A DNA stretch of 64,000 nt from NCBI GenBank assembly GCA_964016885.1, contig OZ024755.1:40672001-40736000 (forward strand), written 5' to 3'. Under the pieces are notes generated by a model. The model had not been told where the DNA came from, did no database searches, and saw only the letters and a program-made list of their open reading frames with translations. This DNA comes from Eledone cirrhosa. Its lineage: Eukaryota. Shown piece after piece: positions 48,501-64,000 of the stretch (the stretch's first letter is position 1; each line of letters starts with the position of its first letter). Both the position numbers and the translations under genes were made by a program.

Positions 48501-51500
48501 CTAAGTCATTAACCCTTTCATTACCATATTTCTAATGAAAGACACTGTCTATGTCTTTAACACTTTCATTACCATATTTCTAATGAAAGACACTGTCTAT
48601 GTCTTTAACCCTTTCATTACCATATTTCTAATAAAAGACACCGTCTATGTCTTTAACCCTTTCATTACCATATATCTAATAAAAGACACCGTCTATGTCA
48701 TTAACCCTTTCATTACCATATTTCTAATGAAAGACACTGTCTATGTCGTTAACCCTTTCATTACCATATTTCTAATAAAGGACACCGTCTATGTCATTAA
48801 CCCTTTCATTACCATATTTCTAATAAAAGACACTGTCTATGTCATTAACCCTTTCATTACCAAATTTCTAATAAAAGACACCGTCTATGTCTTTAACCCT
48901 TCCATTACCATATTTCTAATGAAAGACACTGTCTATGTCATTAACCCTTCCATTACCAGATTTCTAATGAAAGACACTGTATATGATATTTACCCTTCCA
49001 TTACCATGTTTCTAATGAAAGACACTGTCTATGTCATTAACCCTTCAATTACCATATTTCTAATGAAAGACACTGTCTATGTCATTAACCTTTTCATTAC
49101 CATGTTTCTAATAAAAGACACTGTCTATGTCTTTAACCCTTCCATTACCATATTTCTAATGAAAGACACTGTCTATGTCATTAAACCTTCCATTACCATA
49201 TTTCTAATAAAAGACACCGTCTATGTCTTTAACCCTTCCATTGCCATATTTCTAATAAAAGACACTGTCTATGTCTTTTATCCTTTCATTACCATATTTC
49301 TAATGAAAGACACCGTCTATGTCATTAACCCTTCCATTACCATATTTCTAATGAAAGACACCGTCTATGTCTTTAACCCTTCCATTACCATATTTCTAAT
49401 GAAAGACACTGTCTATGTCATTAACCCTTCCATTACCATATTTCTAATGAAAGACACTGTCTATGTCATTAACCCTTCCATTACCAGATTTCTAATGAAA
49501 GACACTGTATATGTCATTAACCCTTCCATTACCATATTTCTAATGAAAGACACTGTCTATGTCATTAACCCTTCCATTACCATATTTCTAATGAAAGACA
49601 CTGTCTATGTCTTTAACACTTTCATTACCATATTTCTAATGAAAGACACTGTCTATGTCATTAACCCTTTCATTACCATATTTCTATTGAAAGACACCGT
49701 CTATGTCTTTAACACTTTCATTACCATATTTCTAATGAAAGACACCGTCTATGTCATTAACCCTTTCATTACCATATTTCTAATGAAAGACACCGTCTAT
49801 GTCTTTAACCCTTCCATTACCATATTTCTAATGAAAGACACTGTCTATGTCATTAACCCTTTCATTATCATATTTCTAATAAAAGACACTGTCAATGTCA
49901 TTAACCCTTTCATTACCATATTTCTAATGAAAGACACTGTCTATGTCATTAACCCTTCCATTACCATATTTCTAATGAAAGACACTGTCTATGTCATTAA
50001 ACCTTCCATTACCATATTTCTAATAAAAGACACCGTCTATGTCTTTAATCCTTTCATTACCATATTTCTAATGAAAGACACTGTCTATGTCATTAACCCT
50101 TTCATTACCATATTTTTAATGAAAGACACTGTCTATGTCTTTAACACTTTCATACCATATTTCTAATGAAAGACACTGTATATGTCATTAACCCTTCCAT
50201 TACCATATTCCTAATCAAAGACACTGTCTATGTCATTAACCCTTCCATTACCAGATTTCTAATGAAAGACACTGTATATGTCATTAACCCTTCCATTACC
50301 ATATTTCTAATGAAAGACACTGCCTATGTCATTAACCCTTTCATTACCATATTTCTAATAAAAGACACCGTCGATGTCATTAACCCTTTCATTACCATAT
50401 TTCTAATGAAAGACACTGTCTATGTCATTAAACCTTCCATTACCATATTTCTAATAAAAGACACCGTCTATGTCTTTAACCCTTCCATTGCCATATTTCT
50501 AATAAAAGACACTGTCTATGTCATTAAACCTTTCATTACCATATTTCTAATGAAAGACACTGTCTATGTCTTTAATCCTTTCATTACCATATTTCTAATG
50601 AAAGACACCGTCTATGTCATTAACCCTTCCATTACCATATTTCTAATGAAAGACACTGTCTATGTTATTAACCCTTCCATTACCATATTTCTAATGAAAG
50701 ACACTGTCTATGTCATTAACCCTTCCATTACCAGATTTCTAATGAAAGACACTGTATATGTCATTAACCCTTCCATTACCATATTTCTAATGAAAGACAC
50801 TGTCTATGTCATTAACCCTTCCATTACCTTATTTCTAATGAAAGACACTGTCTATGTCTTTAACACTTTCATTACCATATTTCTAATGAAAGACACTGTC
50901 TATGTCATTAACCCTTTCATTACCATATTTCTATTGAAAGACACCGTCTATGTCTTTAACACTTTCATTACCATATTTCTAATAAAAGACACCGTCTATG
51001 TCATTAACCCTTTCATTACCATATTTCTAATGAAAGACACTGTCTATGTCATTAACCCTTTCATTACCATATTTCTAATAAAAGACACCGTCTATGTCTT
51101 TAACCCTTTCATTACCATATTTCTAATAAAAGACACCGTCTATGTCATTAACCCTTTCATTACCATATTTCTAATGAAAGACACTGTCTATGTCATTAAC
51201 CCTTCCATTACCATATTTCTAATGAAAGACACTGTCTATGTCATTAACCCTTCCATTACCATATTTCTAATGAAAGACACTGTATATGTCATTAACCCTT
51301 CCATTACCATATTTCTAATGAAAGACACTGTCTATGTCTTTAACACTTTCATTACCATATTTCTAATGAAAGACACTGTCTATGTCTTTAAACCTTTCCT
51401 TACCATATTTCTAATAAAAGACACCGTCTATGTCTTTAACCCTTCCATTACCATATTTCTAATGAAAGACACTGTCTATGTCATTAACCCTTCCATTACC

Positions 51501-54500
51501 ATATTTCTAATGAAAGACACTGTATATGTCATTAACCCTTCCATTACCATATTTCTAATGAAAGACACTGTCTATGTCATTAACCCTTCCATTACCAGAT
51601 TTCTAATGAAAGACACTGTATATGTCATTAACCCTTCCATTACCATATTTCTAATGAAAGACACTGTCTATGTCATTAACCCTTTCATTACCATATTTCT
51701 AATGAAAGACACTGTCTATGTCATTAACCCTTCCATTACCATATTTCTAATGAAAGACACTGTCTATGTCATTAACCCTTCCATTACCATAATTCTAATG
51801 AAAGACACTATCTATGTCTTTCACCCTTCCATTAACATATTTCTAATGAAAGACACTGTCTATGTCATTAACCCTTTCATTACCATATTTCTAATGAAAG
51901 ACACTGTCTATGTCATTAACCCTTCCATTACCATATTTCTAATGAAAGACACTGTCTATGTCATTAACCCTTCCATTACCATAATTCTAATGAAAGACAC
52001 TATCTATGTCTTTCACCCTACTATTACCATATTTCTAATGAAAGACACTGTCTAAGTCATTAACCCTTTCATTACCATATTTCTAATGAAAGACACTGTC
52101 TATGTCTTTAACACTTTCATTACCATATTTCTAATGAAAGACACTGTCTATGTCTTTAACCCTTTCATTACCATATTTCTAATAAAAGACACCGTCTATG
52201 TCTTTAACCCTTTCATTACCATATATCTAATAAAAGACACCGTCTATGTCATTAACCCTTTCATTACCATATTTCTAATGAAAGACACTGTCTATGTCGT
52301 TAACCCTTTCATTACCATATTTCTAATAAAGGACACCGTCTATGTCATTAACCCTTTCATTACCATATTTCTAATGAAAGACACTGTCTATGTCATTAAC
52401 CCTTCCATTACCTTATTTCTAATGAAAGACACTGTCTATGTCTTTAACACTTTCATTACCATATTTCTAATGAAAGACACTGTCTATGTCATTAACCCTT
52501 TCATTACCATATTTCTATTGAAAGACACCGTCTATGTCTTTAACACTTTCATTACCATATTTCTAATAAAAGACACCGTCTATGTCATTAACCCTTTCAT
52601 TACCATATTTCTAATGAAAGACACTGTCTATGTCATTAACCCTTTCATTACCATATTTCTAATAAAAGACACCGTCTATGTCTTTAACCCTTTCATTACC
52701 ATATTTCTAATAAAAGACACCGTCTATGTCATTAACCCTTTCATTACCATATTTCTAATGAAAGACACTGTCTATGTCATTAACCCTTCCATTACCATAT
52801 TTCTAATGAAAGACACTGTCTATGTCATTAACCCTTCCATTACCATATTTCTAATGAAAGACACTGTATATGTCATTAACCCTTCCATTACCATATTTCT
52901 AATGAAAGACACTGTCTATGTCTTTAACACTTTCATTACCATATTTCTAATGAAAGACACTGTCTATGTCTTTAAACCTTTCATTACCATATTTCTAATA
53001 AAAGACACCGTCTATGTCTTTAACCTTTTCATTACCATATTTCTAATGAAAGACACTGTCTATGTCATTAACCCTTCCATTACCATATTTCTAATGAAAG
53101 ACACTGTATATGTCATTAACCCTTCCATTACCATATTTCTAATGAAAGACACTGTCTATGTCATTAACCCTTCCATTACCAGATTTCTAATGAAAGACAC
53201 TGAATATGTCATTAACCCTTCCATTACCATATTTCTAATGAAAGACACTGTCTATGTCATTAACCCTTTCATTACCATATTTCTAATGAAAGACACTGTC
53301 TATGTCATTAACCCTTCCATTACCATATTTCTAATGAAAGACACTGTCTATGTCATTAACCCTTCCATTACCATAATTCTAATGAAAGACACTATCTATG
53401 TCTTTCACCCTTCCATTAACATATTTCTAATGAAAGACACTGTCTATGTCATTAACCCTTTCATTACCATATTTCTAATGAAAGACACTGTCTATGTCAT
53501 TAACCCTTCCATTACCATATTTCTAATGAAAGACACTGTCTATGTCATTAACCCTTCCATTACCATAATTCTAATGAAAGACACTATCTATGTCTTTCAC
53601 CCTACCATTACCATATTTCTAATGAAAGACACTGTCTAAGTCATTAACCCTTTCATTACCATATTTCTAATGAAAGACACTGTCTATGTCTTTAACACTT
53701 TCATTACCATATTTCTAATGAAAGACACTGTCTATGTCTTTAACCCTTTCATTACCATATTTCTAATAAAAGACACCGTCTATGTCTTTAACCCTTTCAT
53801 TACCATATATCTAATAAAAGACACCGTCTATGTCATTAACCCTTTCATTACCATATTTCTAATGAAAGACACTGTCTATGTCGTTAACCCTTTCATTACC
53901 ATATTTCTAATAAAGGACACCGTCTATGTCATTAACCCTTTCATTACCATATTTCTAATAAAAGACACTGTCTATGTCATTAACCCTTTCATTACCAAAT
54001 TTCTAATAAAAGACACCGTCTATGTCTTTAACCCTTCCATTACCATATTTCTAATGAAAGACACTGTCTATGTCATTAACCCTTCCATTACCAGATTTCT
54101 AATGAAAGACACTGTATATGATATTTACCCTTCCATTACCATGTTTCTAATGAAAGACACTGTCTATGTCATTAACCCTTCAATTACCATATTTCTAATG
54201 AAAGACACTGTCTATGTCATTAACCCTTTCATTACCATGTTTCTAATAAAAGACACTGTCTATGTCTTTAACCCTTCCATTACCATATTTCTAATGAAAG
54301 ACACTGTCTATGTCATTAAACCTTCCATTACCATATTTCTAATAAAAGACACCGTCTATGTCTTTAACCCTTCCATTGCCATATTTCTAATAAAAGACAC
54401 TGTCTATGTCTTTTATCCTTTCATTACCATATTTCTAATGAAAGACACCGTCTATGTCATTAACCCTTCCATTACCATATTTCTAATGAAAGACACCGTC

Positions 54501-57500
54501 TATGTCTTTAACCCTTCCATTACCATATTTCTAATGAAAGACACTGTCTATGTCATTAACCCTTCCATTACCATATTTCTAATGAAAGACACTGTCTATG
54601 TCATTAACCCTTCCATTACCAGATTTCTAATGAAAGACACTGTATATGTCATTAACCCTTCCATTACCATATTTCTAATGAAAGACACTGTCTATGTCAT
54701 TAACCCTTCCATTACCATATTTCTAATGAAAGACACTGTCTATGTCTTTAACACTTTCATTACCATATTTCTAATGAAAGACACTGTCTATGTCATTAAC
54801 CCTTTCATTACCATATTTCTATTGAAAGACACCGTCTATGTCTTTAACACTTTCATTACCATATTTCTAATGAAAGACACCGTCTATGTCATTAACCCTT
54901 TCATTACCATATTTCTAATGAAAGACACCGTCTATGTCTTTAACCCTTCCATTACCATATTTCTAATGAAAGACACTGTCTATGTCATTAACCCTTTCAT
55001 TATCATATTTCTAATAAAAGACACTGTCAATGTCATTAACCCTTTCATTACCATATTTCTAATGAAAGACACTGTCTATGTCATTAACCCTTCCATTACC
55101 ATATTTCTAATGAAAGACACTGTCTATGTCATTAAACCTTCCATTACCATATTTCTAATAAAAGACACCGTCTATGTCTTTAATCCTTTCATTACCATAT
55201 TTCTAATGAAAGACACTGTCTATGTCATTAACCCTTTCATTACCATATTTTTAATGAAAGACACTGTCTATGTCTTTAACACTTTCATACCATATTTCTA
55301 ATGAAAGACACTGTATATGTCATTAACCCTTCCATTACCATATTCCTAATCAAAGACACTGTCTATGTCATTAACCCTTCCATTACCAGATTTCTAATGA
55401 AAGACACTGTATATGTCATTAACCCTTCCATTACCATATTTCTAATGAAAGACACTGCCTATGTCATTAACCCTTTCATTACCATATTTCTAATAAAAGA
55501 CACCGTCGATGTCATTAACCCTTTCATTACCATATTTCTAATGAAAGACACTGTCTATGTCATTAAACCTTCCATTACCATATTTCTAATAAAAGACACC
55601 GTCTATGTCTTTAACCCTTCCATTGCCATATTTCTAATAAAAGACACTGTCTATGTCATTAAACCTTTCATTACCATATTTCTAATGAAAGACACTGTCT
55701 ATGTCTTTAATCCTTTCATTACCATATTTCTAATGAAAGACACCGTCTATGTCATTAACCCTTCCATTACCATATTTCTAATGAAAGACACTGTCTATGT
55801 TATTAACCCTTCCATTACCATATTTCTAATGAAAGACACTGTCTATGTCATTAACCCTTCCATTACCAGATTTCTAATGAAAGACACTGTATATGTCATT
55901 AACCCTTCCATTACCATATTTCTAATGAAAGACACTGTCTATGTCATTAACCCTTCCATTACCTTATTTCTAATGAAAGACACTGTCTATGTCTTTAACA
56001 CTTTCATTACCATATTTCTAATGAAAGACACTGTCTATGTCATTAACCCTTTCATTACCATATTTCTATTGAAAGACACCGTCTATGTCTTTAACACTTT
56101 CATTACCATATTTCTAATAAAAGACACCGTCTATGTCATTAACCCTTTCATTACCATATTTCTAATGAAAGACACTGTCTATGTCATTAACCCTTTCATT
56201 ACCATATTTCTAATAAAAGACACCGTCTATGTCTTTAACCCTTTCATTACCATATTTCTAATAAAAGACACCGTCTATGTCATTAACCCTTTCATTACCA
56301 TATTTCTAATGAAAGACACTGTCTATGTCATTAACCCTTCCATTACCATATTTCTAATGAAAGACACTGTCTATGTCATTAACCCTTCCATTACCATATT
56401 TCTAATGAAAGACACTGTATATGTCATTAACCCTTCCATTACCATATTTCTAATGAAAGACACTGTCTATGTCTTTAACACTTTCATTACCATATTTCTA
56501 ATGAAAGACACTGTCTATGTCTTTAAACCTTTCCTTACCATATTTCTAATAAAAGACACCGTCTATGTCTTTAACCCTTCCATTACCATATTTCTAATGA
56601 AAGACACTGTCTATGTCATTAACCCTTCCATTACCATATTTCTAATGAAAGACACTGTATATGTCATTAACCCTTCCATTACCATATTTCTAATGAAAGA
56701 CACTGTCTATGTCATTAACCCTTCCATTACCAGATTTCTAATGAAAGACACTGTATATGTCTTTCACCCTTCCATTAACATATTTCTAATGAAAGACACT
56801 GTCTATGTCATTAACCCTTTCATTACCATATTTCTAATGAAAGACACTGTCTATGTCATTAACCCTTCCATTACCATATTTCTAATGAAAGACACTGTCT
56901 ATGTCATTAACCCTTCCATTACCATAATTCTAATGAAAGACACTATCTATGTCTTTCACCCTACTATTACCATATTTCTAATGAAAGACACTGTCTAAGT
57001 CATTAACCCTTTCATTACCATATTTCTAATGAAAGACACTGTCTATGTCTTTAACACTTTCATTACCATATTTCTAATGAAAGACACTGTCTATGTCTTT
57101 AACCCTTTCATTACCATATTTCTAATAAAAGACACCGTCTATGTCTTTAACCCTTTCATTACCATATATCTAATAAAAGACACCGTCTATGTCATTAACC
57201 CTTTCATTACCATATTTCTAATGAAAGACACTGTCTATGTCGTTAACCCTTTCATTACCATATTTCTAATAAAGGACACCGTCTATGTCATTAACCCTTT
57301 CATTACCATATTTCTAATAAAAGACACTGTCTATGTCATTAACCCTTTCATTACCAAATTTCTAATAAAAGACACCGTCTATGTCTTTAACCCTTCCATT
57401 ACCATATTTCTAATGAAAGACACTGTCTATGTCATTAACCCTTCCATTACCAGATTTCTAATGAAAGACACTGTATATGATATTTACCCTTCCATTACCA

Positions 57501-60500
57501 TGTTTCTAATGAAAGACACTGTCTATGTCATTAACCCTTCAATTACCAGATTTCTAATGAAAGACACTGTCTATGTCATTAACCCTTTCATTACCATATT
57601 TCTAATAAAAGACACCGTCTATGTCATTAACCCTTTCATTACCATATTTCTAATAAAAGACACTGTCTATGTCATTAACCCTTACATTACCATATTTCTA
57701 ATAAAAGACACTGTCTATGTCATTAACCCTTTCATTACCATATTTCTAATAAAAGACACTGTCTATGTCTTTATCCCTTTCATTACCATATTTCTAATAA
57801 AAGACACCTGTCATTAACCCTTTCATTACCATATTTCTAATAAAAGACACCGTCTATGTCATTAACCGTTTCATTACCATATTTCTAATGAAAGACACTG
57901 TCTATGTCATTAACCCTTTCATTACCATATTTCTAATAAAAGACACCGTCTATGTCATTAACCCTTTCATTACCATATTTCTAATGAAAGACACTGTCTA
58001 TGTCATTAACCCTTTCGTTACCATATTTCTAATGAAAGACACTGTCTATGTCATTAACACTTTCATTACCATATTTCTAATGAAAAACACCGTCTATGTC
58101 ATTAACCCTTTCATTACCATATTTCTAATGAAAGACACTGTCTATGTCATTAACACTTTCATTACCATATTTCTAATGAAAAACACCGTCTATGTCATTA
58201 ACCCTTTCATTACCATATTTCTAATGAAAGACACTGTCTATGTCATTAACCCTTTCATTACCATATTTCTAATGAAAAACACCGTCTATGTCATTAACCC
58301 TTCCATTACCATATTTCTAATGAAAGACACTGTCTAAGTCATTAACCCTTTCATTACCATATTTCTAATAAAAGACGCTGTCTATGTCTTTAACCCTTTC
58401 ATTACCATATTTCTAATGAAAAACACCGTCTATGTCATTAACCCTTCCATTACCATATTTCTATTGAAAGACACTGCCTATGTCATTAACCCTTTCATTA
58501 CCATATTTCTAATGAAAGACACCGTCTATGTCATTAACCCTTTCATTATCATATTTCTAATAAAAGACACTGTCAATGTCATTAACCCTTTCATTACCAT
58601 ATTTCTAATGAAAGACACTGTCTATGTCATTAACCCTTTTATTGCCATATTTCTAATGAACGACACTGTCTATGTCATTAACCCTTTCATTACCATATTT
58701 CTAATGAAAGACACTGTCTATGTCATTAACACTTTCATTACCATATTTCTAATGAAAGACACTGTCTATGTCATTAACCCTTTCATTACCATATTTCTAA
58801 TGAAAGACACTGCCTATGTCATTAACCCTTTTATTACAATATTTCTAATGAAAGACACTGTCTATGTCATTAACACTTTCATTAAAATATTTCTAATAAA
58901 AGACACTGTCTATGTCTTTAACCCTTTCATTACCATATTTCTAATAAAAGACACCGTCTATGTCATTAACCCTTTCATTACCATATTTCTAATGAAAGAC
59001 ACTGTCTATGTCATTAAACCTTCCATTACCATATTTCTAATAAAAGACACCGTCTATGTCATTAACCCTTTCATTACCATATTTATAATGAAAGACACTG
59101 TCTATGTCATTAACCCTTTCATTACCGTATTTCTAATAAAAGACACTGTCTATGTCTTTAACCCTTTCATTACCATATTTCTAATAAAAGACACCGTCTA
59201 TGTCTTTAACCTTTTCGTTACCATATTTCTAATAAAAGACACCGTCTATGTCATTAACCCTTTGATTACCATATTTCTAATAAAAGACACCGTCTATGTC
59301 TTTAACCCTTTCATTACCATATTTCTAATAAAAGACACCGTCTACGTCATTAACCCTTTCATTACCATATTTCTAATAAAAGACACTGTCTATGTCTTAA
59401 AACCTTTCATTACCATATTTCTAATAAAAGACACCGTCTATGTCTTTAACCCTTTCATTACCATATTTCTAATAAAAGACACCGTCTATGTCATTGACCC
59501 TTTCATTACCATATTTCTAATAAAAGACACTGTCTATGTCTTTAACCCTTTCATTACCATATTTCTATTAAAAGACACCGTCTATGTCTTTAACCCTTTC
59601 ATTACCATATTTCTAATAAAAGACAACGTCTATGTCATTAACCCTTTCATTACCATATTTCTAATAAAAGACACCGTCTATGTCTTTAACCCTTCCATTA
59701 CCATATTTCTAATGAAAGACACTGTCTATGTCATTAACCCTTCCATTACCAGATTTCTAATGAAAGACACTGTATATGTCATTGACCCTTTCATTACCAT
59801 ATTTCTAATAAAAGACACTGTCTATGTCTTTAACCCTTTCATTACCATATTTCTAATAAAAGACACCGTCTATGTCTTTAACCCTTTCATTACCATATTT
59901 CTAATAAAAGACACCGTCTATGTCATTAACCCTTTCATTACCATATTTCTAATAAAAGACACCGTCTATGTCTTTAACCCTTCCTTTACCATATTTCTAA
60001 TGAAAGACACTATCTATGTCATTAACCCTTCCATTACCAGATTTCTAATGAAAGACACTGTATATGTCATTAACCCTTCCATTACCATATTTCTATTAAA
60101 GACACTGTCTATGTCATTAACCCTTCCATTACCAGATTTCTAATGAAAGACACTGTATATGTCATTAACCCTTCCATTACCATATTTCTATTAAAGACAC
60201 TGTCTATGTCATTAACCCTTCCATTACCATATTTCTAATGAAAGACACTGTCTATGTCATTAACCCTTCCATTACCATATTTCTAATGAAAGACACTGTC
60301 TATGTCATTAACCTTTTCATTACCATATTTCTAATGAAAGACACCGTCTATGTCTTTAACACTTTCATTACCATATTTCTAATGAAAGACACCGTCTATG
60401 TCATTAATCCTTTCATTACCATATTTCTAATGAAAGACACCGTCTATGTCTTTAACCCTTCCATTACCATATTTCTAATGAAAGACACTGTCTATGTCAT

Positions 60501-63500
60501 TAACCCTTCCATTACCAGATTGCTAATGAAAGACACTATATATGTCATTAACCCTTCCATTACCATATTTCTAATGAAAGACACTGTCTATGTCATTAAC
60601 CCTTCCATTAACAGATTTCTAATGAAAGACACTGTATATGTCATTAACCCTTCCATTACCATATTTCTAATAAAAGACACTGTCTATGTCTTTAACCCTT
60701 TCATTACCATATTTCTAATAAAAGACACCGTCTATGTCTTTAACCGTTTCATTACCATATTTCTAATAAAAGACACCGTCTATGTCATTAACCCTTTCAT
60801 TACCATATTTCTAATAAAAGACACCGTCTATGTCTTTAACCCTTTCATTACCATTTTTCTAATAAAAGACAGCGTCTATGTCTTTAACCCTTACATTACC
60901 ATATTTCTAATAAAAGACACTGTCTATGTCATTAACCCTTTCATTACCATATTTCTAATGAAAGACACTGTCTATGTCTTTAACCCTTTCATTACCATAT
61001 TTCTAATAAAAGACACCGTCTATGTCATCAACCCTTTCATTACCATATTTCTAATAAAAGACACCGTCTATGTCATTAACCCTTTCATTACCATATTGCT
61101 AATGAAAGACACTATCTATGTCTTTAACCCTTTCATTACCATATTTCTAATAAAAGACACCGTCTATGTCATTAACCCTTTCATTACCATATTTCTAATG
61201 AAAGACACTGTCTATGTCATTAACCCTTTCATTACCATATTTCTAATAAAAGACACCGTCTATGTCATTAACCCTTTCATTACCATATTTCTAATGAAAG
61301 ACACTGTCTATGTCATTAACCCTTTCATTACCATATTTCTAATAAAAGACACTGTCTATGTCTTTAACCCCTTCATTACCATATTTCTAATAAAAGACAC
61401 CGTCTATGTCTTTAACCCTTTCATTACCATATTTCTAATAAAAGACACCGTCTATGTCATTAACCCTTTCATTAGCATATTGCTAATGAAAGACACTGTC
61501 TATGTCATTAACCCTTTCATTACCATATTTCTAATGAAATACACCGTCTATGTCTTTAACACTTTCATTACCATATTTCTAATGAAAGACACCGTCTATG
61601 TCATTAACCCTTCCATTACCGGATTTCTAATGAAAGACACTGTATATGTCATTAACCCTTCCATTACCATTTTTCTAATGAAAGACAACGTCTACGTCAT
61701 TAACCATTACATTACCATATTTCTAATGAAAGACACCGTCTATGTCTTTAACCCTTCCATCAACATATTTCTAATGAAGACACTGTCTATGTCATTAACC
61801 CTTCCATTACCATATTTCTAATGAAAGACACTGTATATGTCATTAACCCTTCCATTACCAGATTTCTAATGAAAGACACTGTATATGTCATTAACCCTTC
61901 CATTACCATATTTCTAATGAAACACACCGTCTATGTCTTTAACCCTTCCATTACCATATTTCTAATGAAAGACACTGTATATGTCATTAACCCTTCCATT
62001 ACCATATTTCTAATGAAACACACCGTCTATGTCTTTAACCCTTCCATTACCATATTTCTAATGAAAGACACTGTATATGTCATTAACCCTTCCATTACCA
62101 TATTTCTAATGAAAGACACTGTATATGTCATTAACCCTTCCATTACCAGATTTCTAATGAAAGACACCGTCTATGTCATTAACCCTTCCATTACCATATT
62201 TCTAATGAAAGACACCGTCTATGTCTTTAACCCTTCCATTACCATATTTCTAATGAAAGACACCGTCTAGGTCATTAACCCCTCCATTACCATATTTCTA
62301 ATGAAAGACACTGTCTAGTCATTAACCCTTTTATTACCATATTTCTAATGAAAGACACTGTCTATGTCATTAACCCTTCCATTACCATATTTCTAATGAA
62401 AGACACTGTCTATGTCATTAACCTTTTCATTACCATATTTCTAATGAAAGACACCGTCTATGTCTTTAACACTTTCATTACCATATTTCTAATGAAAGAC
62501 ACCGTCTATGTCATTAATCCTTTCATTACCAGATTTCTATTGAAAGACACCGTCTATGTCTTTAACCCTTCCATTACCATATTTCTAATGAAAGACACTG
62601 TATATGTCATTAACCCTTCCATTACCAGATTTCTAATGAAAGACACTATATATGTCATTAACCCTTCCATTACCATATTTCTAATGAAAGACACTGTCTA
62701 TGTCATTAACCCTTCCATTACCATATTTGTAATGAAAGACACTGTATATGTCATTAACCCTTCCATTACCATATTTCTAATGAAAGACACTGTCTATGTC
62801 ATTAACCCTTCCATTAACAGATTTCTAATGAAAGACACTGTATATGTCATTAACCCTTCCATTACCATATTTCTAATACAAGACACTGTCTATGTCTTTA
62901 ACCCTCTCATTACCATATTTCTAATAAAAGACACCGTCTATGTCTTTAACCTTTTCATTACCATATTTCTAATAAAAGACACCGTCTATGTCACTAACCC
63001 TTTCATTACCATATTTCTAATAAAAGACACCGTCTATGTCTTTAACCCTTTCATTACCATATTTCTAATAAAATACACCGTCTATGTAATTAACCCTTTC
63101 ATTACCATATTTCTAATGAAAGACACCGTCTATGTCTTTAACCCTTCCATTACCATATTTCTAATGAAAGACACTATCTATGTCATTAACCCTTCCATTA
63201 CCAGATTTCTAATGAAAGACACTGTGTATGTCATTAACCCTTCCATTACCATATTTCTAATGAAAGACACCGTCTATGTCTTTAACCCTTCCATTACCAT
63301 ATTTCTAATGAAAGACACTGTATATGTCATTAACCCTTCCATTACCATATTTCTAATGAAAGACACTGTCTATGTCATTAACCCTTCCATTACCATATTT
63401 CTAATGAAAGACACTGTCTATGTCATTAACCCTTCCATTACCAGATTTCTAATGAAAGACACTGTATATGTCATTAACCCTTCCATTACCAGAATACTAA

Positions 63501-64000
63501 TGAAAGACACTGTATATGTCATTAACCCTTCCATTACAATATTTCTAATGAAAGACACTGTCTATGTCATTAACCCTTCCATTACCATATTTCTAATAAA
63601 AGACACCGTCTATGTCTTTAACCCTTCCATTACCATATTTCTAATGAAAAACACTGTCTATGTCATTAACCCTTTCATTACCATATTTCTAATGAAAGAC
63701 ACTGTCTATGTCATTAACCCTTCCATTACCAGATTTCTAATGAAAGACACTGTATATGTCATTAACCCTTCCATTACCAGAATACTAATGAAAGACACTG
63801 TATATGTCATTAACCCTACCATTACAATATTTCTAATGAAAGACACTGTCTATGTCATTAACCCTTTCATTACCATGTTTCTAATAAAAGACACTGTCTA
63901 TATCTTTAACCCTTTCATTACCATATTTCTAATAAAAGACACCGTCTATGTCTTTAACCCTTTCATTACCATATTTCTAATAAAAGACACCGTCTATGTC
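42510..64000. repeat. 48-bp satellite, ~450 copies, open at the window end
   Basis: Unit TTAACCCTTYCATTACCATATTTCTAATRAAAGACACYGTCTATGTCW. Confidence 0.98.

Noticed and set aside
42536-62270. Long ORFs (up to 1407 aa) of MKDTVYVINPSITIFL repeats
   Set aside because: The 48-bp unit is divisible by 3 and stop-free in one frame. Stops and frameshifts are copied along with the duplications, substitutions are largely non-synonymous, and there are no unique domains.
41552-64000. CRISPR array interpretation of the 48-bp repeats
   Set aside because: There are no unique spacers and no cas genes, and the context is eukaryotic.
42510-64000. TAACCCT telomere-like 7-mer in most units
   Set aside because: One isolated 7-mer per unit is not a telomeric tract.

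Overview
Eukaryotic, repeat-dense window with no credible protein-coding gene. The repeat style suggests an animal, possibly octopus, but that is inference. It has three zones. (1) 1-31106: an 11/13-bp CTAGG(TG)3-4 satellite with kilobase-scale internal duplications. (2) ~31.1-42.5 kb: an island with an intron-containing tRNA-Tyr(GTA), a hAT-type MITE, many (TA)n/(TG)n tracts and a dense cluster of short elements carrying type I hammerhead ribozymes. I read 10 hammerheads with an intact CUGANGA...GAAA...UH core, plus several mutated or half copies, from about 9 sequence families. The elements sit in (TA)n, mostly as head-to-head inverted pairs, with the ribozyme-strand 3' ends pointing into (TA)n. 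Two are longer than one unit (466- and ~480-nt monomers), and one copy starts exactly at the predicted self-cleavage site. This fits retrozyme / Penelope-like (PLE) non-autonomous elements. Several families share a TYGAGTRC motif ~40-47 nt from the 3' end. (3) Two unrelated 48-bp tandem arrays (41552-42249 and 42510 to the window end); the long ORFs in the second are repeat artefacts.
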